A stretch of DNA of 61,910 nucleotides, filler included. It is 5 parts of 5 records of this genome, joined end to end, with 100 filler letters (N's around TTAATTAATTAA, not from the genome) between each part and the next. Parts side by side here need not be neighbours in the genome. Positions count along the whole stretch, not along the records: positions 1 to 8,444 come from DRR378314_2352; positions 8,545 to 28,762 come from DRR378314_2359; 3 more parts are not named here. One strand, written 5' to 3'. This document shows positions 1 to 8,658 of this stretch, one piece after another. How positions within the stretch are numbered: the first letter of the stretch is position 1; each line of letters opens with the position of its first letter. A program made the translations under genes and the position numbers. The notes beneath the pieces are model-generated. The model did not search any database. It saw only the letters and a list, made by a program, of their open reading frames with translations, and was not told the origin of the DNA.

Positions 1-2070
1 TTCGCTGCGGCAACGCCGACCGAGGCGCGCACGCGATATTTTTGGGAAAGCATTTCCCATTTTCTTTTCTTCCCATGTAGTAGTCCCGTATGTCGCGAAT
101 TGGCAAGAAAGAAATACTCGTGTTGCAAAGTGGAGGAAACGAGCAGCTCTCGTTGCCAGCTAGCCACGCACTGGCAAAAGCGCTCTGCGCTGTCAGGGCT
201 CTTTCAGCAGATGCACGATTTCGTTGGCTGATATGGTTTGTGAGCTCTCTGGAGACCGTCATGTGGGGGGGGTGGAAAGTGTTTACAAGAAACCCTTCTC
301 GTCCGCGTGCGCTTTTCCTCCTTGTGTCGCCACAAGGCGGAACCCAGCCCAGAGTAGTCGTTGTTTTTCTTTTCTCTCTGGGGCTTCGCGGGGTACTGTT
401 TCGACTGACAGCTGCCACGCAGTACCCGCGCCAAGTGCGTTGGCGAAGAGAAGAGCAAAATCGACTCCAGCGGAATTGCTTTACGAAAATAGGAGCAAGT
501 GTGATCTTTGTCGTACCCTTGCAGCAAATTTCTAGAAGAATATCGCAAGATTTTGCCCCAACCGTTGTGCAGTGCTACCAGGTAAGGTGGCCGCTGTCCA
601 CGGTGTCACAATTGTGAGATCAATCCCTGGCGACTCCAGCGTGGGACACGTGGCGTAGTGCTCCAGCTCACCTTGCGTCTTTGACGGTGTCTTGCAGGGA
701 TTCACCGATGAAAAAACTTCATCGGTAAAATTTCATGGCTATCCGATGAATCATGTGCGTAGGGTTATTATTGGAATTGTGCTCGTAGTCGCGATTTTTT
801 TTTGTTTTGGCTCCGAGCACTCGTGCTGCAAGCTCTTGTGCCCAGCGCTGGCACTCTTGCATGACGGTCCGGCACTTAAGGGTGCTCGCAGGTTCGACGC
901 AGCTTCGTTGCCACTCGATCAAGCAGGCATCCTTTCTCCCGCTGGCTCTGGTCGCTCCTTTTATCTCGAATGTCGAATTTCAGTAGAATGTGAATAGTTG
1001 ATTCGCTGAGATTCCTGCATCGATGTGATGTTATCGTGATCTTGGGGAGTACGAGCGTTCGTCCTCTGTGTCTGCAGAAGCACCGCATGCGGCCTGCCGC
1101 ACTCAGGTAGCACGGTGTGCCGCAGTGCGCGGATCCTAGCAGCGTCGCATGCGTGTCTCTTATGTGGCAGGGCTTCCAGTAGAATCTGGATTTCCTATTT
1201 TACCACGCTTGTGCAATGTTAATCCTTTTTCTTATTCCGTACCTCTTCTGTGAAAGGAGCGATGTAGCTTTGCCTCACCTTGCGTTGTGCATTGAACCCG
1301 ATTCTTGTTGCCGGACGCCTCGGTTTCCTGCAATGTCCCGTGGCCGAGCTTGGCAGCAGAGTTACCTTTCTTGGGTTTCCATTTTCAGTTTATCCACTCG
1401 AGCCCACAGGTGGGATAGTACACCGCACAGGACCAGACTTTTGCAACGCACAATTTCCCATGTTGACTCCGCGCCGTGTTGGGGTATCACGGTACAGAGG
1501 CTTGCTCTTCTGTCCGTCCGCTTGGGACGCCAGTTGTGCTAGTTTTTTTTTTCTCGAAGTGCTCACTTGAGAAATACCTTCCTGCGCCGTCTTGGAGGTG
1601 CTCCTCTGTGGAAGGTGCTAACAAACATGCCTGCTGCTCTCTGTTGCCATCTGCCCGTGCACCCAAATTCTGGCGCTCCCTTTCTGCCACCCTTCCAGGA
1701 CTTCACAGCCATCGCCGTCGCAGCAGCGCGTCCTCGCTTGAAGAGAGAAGACAGAGCAGTGCTTCAGACTCTGTTCTACAATACGTACTGGCGTGGTGAC
1801 GTGCATTGGTTTGGCAGTTCAAGTGCGTTTTGCAGGTGATTTGTGCCGAGCAGAAGCACAGCGAGCGATTCAGGGTGCACGCAAGTAGGGTTTTGCGCAG
1901 TTTTCACCAATCTCCGTGTTCCTTTCTTAGGTAGAATTCTGCGGTCACGCAGACGGAGATCATGCAGGTGTAATTTTGGTTGCGAGTCGCCCTCTCCAGT
2001 CCCTGAGGTGATCTCCACTCAGGAAATGGGTTTCCTTGCGCTTTGTTTGTGCAGTGCACCATCGAGCATC

Positions 2071-5000
2071 ATGGGGAAGGGTAAATCCACAACCGCTGCG
2101 GCGACGCAGCTACCAGCAGTCCCCGCTGCTGGCTCTGTGAAACGTGGCAAGTACGGCGCGCTCTACGTCGAGGTGGAGCGGAAGGGTGGAAAGGGCGGGA
2201 AGCGAACCCAATATCTCTCAACAATGAGCGAAGCGAACAGGCGACTGTATTTGGAGCACGGCTTACCCCCTGCGACAGCTCTTACAATCACTGACAAGCG
2301 CCCGTTCAGCCGCAGCAGCGTAACTCTTCAAGTACGAGCTTTTGACGGGCCTGGAGGTGGATTGGTAGTAACAGATGTCGTATCTGTACACAAAAATCCA
2401 TTTCGATCTCGTGCAGAGACTCACAGAGTTACTCCTGGAACGAAGAGCAGAACAAAAGTTTCTCACAAATCGCGCAAGAACATGGGGAGCGCCTCGCGAG
2501 AAGCGCTTGTTGTTGCTGCAGACGAAGTCTTCTCTTCGATCATGAAAGGTGATGCCAAATCTATGCGCGAGTCCCTTGAAGTTGTTTGGAACAACAAGAA
2601 GAGAATTGCCAGTTCGGTTGGTCTTGCGATTGTGGAAGAAGTTTCAAACTTCGCGAAAAAGGGTACCGGGGCGGCTTTGGGAGCGGGGCTCGACCTAGCG
2701 CAGCATGCCTATGACGCCGCGTCGAGTGCGTGGCAGGGCGACACCGCCGCAGCGCGAGACTCTGGTCTCCGTGCCTTGGACAGCTCCATATCCTTGGGAG
2801 CAACGCTTCTATGTGGTGTACCTGTCAGTGTTCACCTGGTAGGCCCTGATGAAGTTTCGCGAGCGAGAGCTCCGAGCTGGCAAGCCGATGACGTGCAGTA
2901 TCTCACGGAACGCCACGCGTCGGTCGCGCTTGGGGTAAAGAGTATTGTCTCTGCAGGAATTGCCGCCCAAACGCACACAAGCACGAAAACAGATAAACAA
3001 GGACTTGCGCAAGAAATTGTCGAGACAATGGAATTCGGGGCTAATGTACAGGTCGGAGAATCTCTGGATGTGTTTGCCGGTCCTGGATATAGCACAACGA
3101 AATCCGTTGAGCGCAACATCAGCGACGAAGGAGTGGTCACTGAGCAGTCCACAGCACGTACTTCATTTTCCTTGAATATTCGCGCTCGAGTAGGAGAGTA
3201 CGAGGTGTCCGCAGATATTGCCTCGCTTGCTCCTCCGATAGCGACAGCAACGACAACAAATACGTCGCAATTTCGTGCAGACGGTCGCCCGTTGGAGGCT
3301 CCCACTACAACGCAGGAAAGCGACAGCTCGGTGCGGACGGACTGGGCGATGCAGCGCAGCTCGGAGAGCGGAAAATGCGAGACCTTTCTCAATCCTCGCA
3401 CTACAGAAACAAAAGTCGAGTACGAAAGCGGCTTCTTTGAAAGAGATCAGTCCGCATCGTGGTCCACTGCACAAGATGGAGTGTACGAGGAGAATGCTAT
3501 TCAGCGCAAAGACGTTGGGACATACACAGATGTGCGTAAACGTACATCGACAAGAACCAACCGCATCACTGGATCTCGTGCTGAAAAAGCTGCCGAATTG
3601 CCGCGCGGGCAGTGCCGAAAGTCGCACGGAACATTTACGCGCCAACACCAGAAATCTTGGGAAAAGCAGGATTCTGCAAAAGGCCGAAGGTTGTCTGCTC
3701 ACACAAGTGGGAGGAGTACAGAGAGAGAAAAGGGGAATTTTACCCATGAGCAGAACAAAGGCAAGCACGTTCGTTTTGAGGAAAGTTCTCAGTATGAGTT
3801 CAGTGCCGAGCAAAGCACACACGGTACCATCAAGAGCCAAAATGGTCGCGGCGTTGGACACTTTGCTGAAAAAGAGACTGTGGATGGAAAAGGAACAAGG
3901 ACTCGGTCCCTGCATCGCGAATCGCGCTGCGAGCCGGAAGCGCAGCGCGGAGAAACGCGAGGCGGAATTCCACCTTCTTCGCAAAAGAAGCCACGGGCGA
4001 CTGTGCACGAAGCTGAGGAAAGCTTCGTTAGTAGTGAGTACACTGAGAGTACTACAGAACGAACTGGTTTTGTAAGTCAAAGAACTGAGAGCCGACAGAA
4101 GGCGATTACCAAGCGGCGGGCGACGACGAGAAGCGGCGAAGATGTCATTGGAGCTCCTGAAGTTGGAAGCCGCACTGTCACGTCACACGCCGAGCACCTG
4201 CTGCAAAGCCGCGAAGTCCACACAGTGCGTGAAGAAGGGCTACTTGCGGTGACAATAAGTTCGACAGTATGCGAAATCGACGAACACGGGAAGACAATTT
4301 CATCGTCAACGTCCAGCGTTGAGCTGTCATCGCACTCAAGAGCTGCTGTGGACAGTGCAAAGTGGGCGCTCGCTGATGGGGCGTTGCAGTTTGCTATAAG
4401 TACTTCTGAAGGAAAGCCCTCGTTACAGCAGATTGCAGAGCAGGCAGGTATCGCTGCTGCTTCTTCAATGACAGTTTCTGTAGTTCAAGATCAACTGCAG
4501 AGCTCGCTGGGCGGCATGGCAGACAAAGCTGCGTCGGGTGCGGTGGCCTCCGCGTTTGCGCTGTTCCAAGGCAACCACAAGCAGGCGGCGCGCGCAGCCG
4601 CCGAGGCAGCAGCGTCGTGCGCAGTATCTGCAATCGTCGAGCAAGCCACAGACAACGCAGTTCCAGTGTCAGTTGGACGCCGGACATCATTTTCTCGTGG
4701 CCGTATCTCTGGATTCTCGCCAAAGATCGAATACAGCGTCGTGAAAACGGATGGCGCGAGTGTTCCGGTGCCCTGTGTTCCTGGTCTCTCGGTCGGCGCT
4801 GGGTACGAGCGCGAGGAAACCGTGTACTACAAGGACGGCCGCCGGATCTCGAAAAAGGCAGAAGGTGTGCAGAAAAATGTCCGATTTCTCTCGATATCAG
4901 CAAGTCTCTCAACGCAACATGGGAGAGAGGTTGCTGACCCGGTCCAACGGAAGGAGGGGGATCTTGTGCACGTTGACACATGGGAGCGCGAGTTTTCGGG

Positions 5001-8000
5001 TCAGCACCACTTCCGTTTCCAGGCAGGCGACCGACAGTTTATGGTCAACATCCTGCCAGCCCGTCAGAGCACGACGTACACCAGTACATTTACAAGGAAA
5101 GCCGATGGCTCACCACTGCAGTACACGCGTGATTATCAGGCACCTGTAAGTAGGCAACCAGTTGACGAGGCGTCGCCCTCGCCTGGGACTGCGGAGAATA
5201 GCGGCGCCCGGTTCAGTCCTCCCGGCGCATGCGAAGCAGTCCACTGCGTCTCCAGCGCCACTGCGGTCGCCGAGCACGTGGACCAAAAGGCTGGACGGGT
5301 TGCCAAGGATATGCTGGATACCGCTATGAACCAAGCAGGGGAAGAAACGTACGTCTGGGGACAAGAGAAGAAATCCAAGGTCACGAAAAAGCATTGGGGC
5401 ATCAGCAAGAAGAGTTCCTCTCAGATGTACGATGAAGGCACCAAGGTGAAGAGGAACACACGCCGCACCGACGCTCAGGATGGCAATTTAGTTACTTCGC
5501 GCGTAGAAGTAAATTCTGAAACGACTGCCTTTAGAGATTTACGACAAGAAGAGCACAAGAAGAGAAAGCTGGGTCGTCGGAAAACGGAGAAAAGAACATA
5601 TGCCCCTGGCGAGCGCCGGACAGACTTGGGTCTCGTGGAAAAGCGTGGTGAGATTACCGAGGTGCAAAGGAATGCGGATGAGTCTCCCCTTTCGGAACGG
5701 ACGGTGAACAAGGAATCGCCCAATGGTGCCAAGGAGACTGTGCGAACAGAATCCGACATGGAGCACATTCGCAAAACTACTACTGTGGAAAGCGTCGAAG
5801 GTGGAGAACTCTCAGCTCCAAAGGTGAACCGTTCAGAGATGCGGGTCGGGTCGTCTGTGGAAAGAGACACGTTTGACGAGGTCTCGCACACAAACTCAGC
5901 TGGAAACTTAGTTACTACTCATCGTACAACTTCACGGTATGGATCATACGTGGATAGTCGTGAAAATGAAGGCGAGTGGAAACGCAAGAATAGCTCAACG
6001 GCTCTCGAAGCATCGCACGTTGTTGAGCGCGAGACGTCGGGAGAGAAAGGGAATTCTCTTCGTTCAGAAACTGTCAAGGATCTGGAAAATGGAACACACG
6101 TTTCTGGAGACGTGCACTTTGAAGAGTATGCGCGTGACCGGACTACTGAAGTGGTTTCAACTCCCGAGGCGCCCAAGAATGGATCATCAAGTTCGAATGC
6201 CTCGAGATTGCAGCACCAAGTGAAGCGCGAAACCGTTTCACATGGAGTTTGGAGCAGCTCGCAAGAGCGCAGTCGATCAGAGAAACAGAATGTCAAATGG
6301 AGAGTGCAGGACGAAACGGGAAAGAGCAACAAAGTTCAAGTGCAGCATCAGCGTATTGAGATTGACCAGGTGGCGGGGACATATTCATCCTCCGTTGGAT
6401 CAGTAACCGGAGCATTCGAGGGTGAAACGCACGAGCAAGCGCTGGCGCGGGGAAAGGAGGTGCATATGGATGAAAGTTCTCTAGCAGAGAATCGTGAAAA
6501 TATTACCTTAAAGTGCACCTCAGAAACAAAGCGCGTTATTGACGAGTACACCGGGGAAAAAGGTGTCGCCATCAGCTCGAAAGAGCTCGATGACAGCACA
6601 AAGAGGCATTGTTATCGAGTGCAAGATATTGAAGACACGACTATTGCACGCCCGCAGAACGGTGCGGAGGCTGAAGCGTCTTCCCACGACGAGAATTCTC
6701 ATCCGAACGCGAAGAAGACAACGCGTACGCGAGTTGAACAAGGTATCGAGGTGCAGATAACGGTGAAGCAGAGTAAGACGAGTTCTGTGAGAAAAGGATT
6801 TCAAGTGCACTCTGAGACGACGCACGTTGAGGAGCATCGTGGGTACGAAATCACGAGCAAGATTGATAAAGGAGCGGGAAGCAGCGCAGCGCTGTCGGAT
6901 TCGCGTGAGACGCGCGCAGAGGCGCATATGCGAGTGCGCGTAACAAAGACTGAGAAGAACGCATTTTTCGTGAAGACTACGTCAGAGACACGCGAGTCAA
7001 CTCGCCTTGACCCTGTAACTGGGAAGGATAGTACAACAACTACAGAAACGCTACCGGATCGAAAGGGGTTTACCGACGGTACTGAGCGTGCTCTGTCTTC
7101 TGCTGCGATGGGAGCTGGCAATCTCGCAGTTCGTTGCATGGACGGCGGCGAGGTTACTGCTACTGATTTGGCAAACGTTGGTGTAGCGGCAGTAGAGTCG
7201 TACGCGCTTGGAACGACTGCGTCTGTAATCGGAGCACAATCGTCTCGTTCCGCGAGCGCTGTTGCTGTTGGTGTGGCGCTTTTCTCTTCCTTCGCTACTG
7301 GTGCAGCCCGACGGAAACTGAACAAGGAAGGACATGGAACAAATCGTCGAGACACTGCTTCATCTATGATTCAGGATGGAATCGAAAAGGTGGGTAACAT
7401 AGCAGCGAACTCTCTTGGAAGCAAACCGGTGAAGGTAGCCGGGGCAGCGGCTGTTGTGATCAGCAAGGCGTGTAGCGCATTTCGCGGTGGCCAAGATTCC
7501 TCGTCCTCTTGTGATGGAAATCTCACCGACGAGAACGGTACATCAACTTCCCATGGTGAAGAAAAGCAGAGCAATTCGCAACGTCTGGTTCATAAATTGA
7601 AAAAGTATGGGTCAGTCATTGCTGATAGTGCAGCAGCTGTGGCTCCATTGGTGCAACAGCGCTTCAAGCGTGGTCCTGGTATTGGGGTGATCACAGCTGC
7701 CATCGATGTTACGAAAGAGGTCGCTGGGGCTATTTCGGATTACAGCACAAAAGACCGTAATGGAATTCGAAAAGTTTCTGGAGAAGAAGCAGTGGAAAGA
7801 TCCGTATCTTCAGCTGTATCCATTGGGGCTACTGCGCTCTGCTGTGGGACAGTTGTAGCAGAGATGGCCAGCAGTACTGCTCTGGCTGTTGGGTGTGTAG
7901 AAGGCGGGCTGGCTGTCGCAGCGGCTGCAACAGTTCTTCCTTGGGTGATCGCTCCCATAGCCGGATACACAGCTCTTAAACTCGTCAAGTGGGGATGGAA

Positions 8001-8394
8001 AAACCTGTTCGGGGATCCAAAAGAGAAGAAAGCGAAAGAAGACCTTAATGTGCTAGTGGAGAAGTACAATATTTCGGACATTAAGAAATGCGACCTTGTC
8101 AGGTTCATGCGCAAGTATATCAGGGATAACAAAATCCATCCCGATAAAGGCGGATCGCATGAGAAGTTCCTTGCGGTGAGCGAAGATTTCGCCCGTATAC
8201 GCGAGCTTTGTGAGCTTCTCCAATATGAAAATGTTCCCAAAGCGGAGAGCTGGTGGTCTTCCTTATCTGACTTATTCCATGGAAAGTCACTTAGTGCGAG
8301 CTTTAAAAAGCTCCTGAACCGCTTCGGCTTTCGGGCAACTCAGAAATCCTCTGTCAGCGACACGAGTGGAACCGCGCTGGTTGCATGCCAGTAG
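2071..8394 (+). CDS. Giant uncharacterised protein (~2107 aa from MGKGKS; frame open from 1843) with C-terminal hydrophobic segments and a J-domain-like HPDKGG motif
   Basis: Stop-free frame of more than 6.3 kb. The ATG at 2071 follows an acceptor-like ctttgtttgtgcag (2041-2054). IHPDKGGSHEKF has its HPD at 8137-8145, preceded by the hydrophobic GGLAVAAAATVLPWVIAPIAGYTAL. The exact start is uncertain. Confidence 0.8.
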   Translation: MGKGKSTTAAATQLPAVPAAGSVKRGKYGALYVEVERKGGKGGKRTQYLSTMSEANRRLYLEHGLPPATALTITDKRPFSRSSVTLQVRAFDGPGGGLVVTDVVSVHKNPFRSRAETHRVTPGTKSRTKVSHKSRKNMGSASREALVVAADEVFSSIMKGDAKSMRESLEVVWNNKKRIASSVGLAIVEEVSNFAKKGTGAALGAGLDLAQHAYDAASSAWQGDTAAARDSGLRALDSSISLGATLLCGVPVSVHLVGPDEVSRARAPSWQADDVQYLTERHASVALGVKSIVSAGIAAQTHTSTKTDKQGLAQEIVETMEFGANVQVGESLDVFAGPGYSTTKSVERNISDEGVVTEQSTARTSFSLNIRARVGEYEVSADIASLAPPIATATTTNTSQFRADGRPLEAPTTTQESDSSVRTDWAMQRSSESGKCETFLNPRTTETKVEYESGFFERDQSASWSTAQDGVYEENAIQRKDVGTYTDVRKRTSTRTNRITGSRAEKAAELPRGQCRKSHGTFTRQHQKSWEKQDSAKGRRLSAHTSGRSTEREKGNFTHEQNKGKHVRFEESSQYEFSAEQSTHGTIKSQNGRGVGHFAEKETVDGKGTRTRSLHRESRCEPEAQRGETRGGIPPSSQKKPRATVHEAEESFVSSEYTESTTERTGFVSQRTESRQKAITKRRATTRSGEDVIGAPEVGSRTVTSHAEHLLQSREVHTVREEGLLAVTISSTVCEIDEHGKTISSSTSSVELSSHSRAAVDSAKWALADGALQFAISTSEGKPSLQQIAEQAGIAAASSMTVSVVQDQLQSSLGGMADKAASGAVASAFALFQGNHKQAARAAAEAAASCAVSAIVEQATDNAVPVSVGRRTSFSRGRISGFSPKIEYSVVKTDGASVPVPCVPGLSVGAGYEREETVYYKDGRRISKKAEGVQKNVRFLSISASLSTQHGREVADPVQRKEGDLVHVDTWEREFSGQHHFRFQAGDRQFMVNILPARQSTTYTSTFTRKADGSPLQYTRDYQAPVSRQPVDEASPSPGTAENSGARFSPPGACEAVHCVSSATAVAEHVDQKAGRVAKDMLDTAMNQAGEETYVWGQEKKSKVTKKHWGISKKSSSQMYDEGTKVKRNTRRTDAQDGNLVTSRVEVNSETTAFRDLRQEEHKKRKLGRRKTEKRTYAPGERRTDLGLVEKRGEITEVQRNADESPLSERTVNKESPNGAKETVRTESDMEHIRKTTTVESVEGGELSAPKVNRSEMRVGSSVERDTFDEVSHTNSAGNLVTTHRTTSRYGSYVDSRENEGEWKRKNSSTALEASHVVERETSGEKGNSLRSETVKDLENGTHVSGDVHFEEYARDRTTEVVSTPEAPKNGSSSSNASRLQHQVKRETVSHGVWSSSQERSRSEKQNVKWRVQDETGKSNKVQVQHQRIEIDQVAGTYSSSVGSVTGAFEGETHEQALARGKEVHMDESSLAENRENITLKCTSETKRVIDEYTGEKGVAISSKELDDSTKRHCYRVQDIEDTTIARPQNGAEAEASSHDENSHPNAKKTTRTRVEQGIEVQITVKQSKTSSVRKGFQVHSETTHVEEHRGYEITSKIDKGAGSSAALSDSRETRAEAHMRVRVTKTEKNAFFVKTTSETRESTRLDPVTGKDSTTTTETLPDRKGFTDGTERALSSAAMGAGNLAVRCMDGGEVTATDLANVGVAAVESYALGTTASVIGAQSSRSASAVAVGVALFSSFATGAARRKLNKEGHGTNRRDTASSMIQDGIEKVGNIAANSLGSKPVKVAGAAAVVISKACSAFRGGQDSSSSCDGNLTDENGTSTSHGEEKQSNSQRLVHKLKKYGSVIADSAAAVAPLVQQRFKRGPGIGVITAAIDVTKEVAGAISDYSTKDRNGIRKVSGEEAVERSVSSAVSIGATALCCGTVVAEMASSTALAVGCVEGGLAVAAAATVLPWVIAPIAGYTALKLVKWGWKNLFGDPKEKKAKEDLNVLVEKYNISDIKKCDLVRFMRKYIRDNKIHPDKGGSHEKFLAVSEDFARIRELCELLQYENVPKAESWWSSLSDLFHGKSLSASFKKLLNRFGFRATQKSSVSDTSGTALVACQ

Positions 8395-8444
8395 CGATCT
8401 AGCAGGCGTATCGATTTTTGCCAGATACAATTACGAACGGGTTC

Positions 8445-8544
8445 NNNNNNNNNNNNNNNNNNNNNNNNNNNNNNNNNNNNNNNNNNNNTTAATTAATTAA
8501 NNNNNNNNNNNNNNNNNNNNNNNNNNNNNNNNNNNNNNNNNNNN
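8445..8544. other. Artificial contig linker (N44-TTAATTAATTAA-N44)
   Basis: Six-frame stop cassette flanked by Ns, identical at four positions. Confidence 0.99.
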
Positions 8545-8580
8545 GAAAACCTGGCGTCCTAACCGATAGACGAAGGGACC
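8545..8580 (-). tRNA. tRNA-Glu(TTC), 5' half only, cut at the anticodon by the contig end
   Basis: Reverse complement GGTCCCTTCGTCTATCGGTTAGGACGCCAGGTTTTC gives the acceptor 5' strand, D-arm and anticodon arm up to TTC. Confidence 0.85.
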
Positions 8581-8658
8581 GCATCGGCTCGAAGACAGGC
8601 GATATAGCTGCTCAATTCTGACTCGTAAAGCGCTTTGGGACGGGTTTCTGCAGATAAA

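Noticed and set aside
1843-2070. Extended GTG-started N-terminus of the giant ORF
   Set aside because: Cys/Arg-rich, non-coding-looking sequence ending in a splice-acceptor-like tract; the ATG at 2071 is more plausible
8137-8154. Polyomavirus T antigen or Pam18 ortholog suggested by HPDKGG
   Set aside because: The motif is C-terminal in a 2100-aa protein with no LxCxE, origin-binding or helicase motifs, and no Pam18-like size
8489-8500. TTAATTAATTAA repeated four times as a possible att site or target-site duplication
   Set aside because: Always centred in exactly 44+44 Ns; it is a synthetic six-frame stop linker
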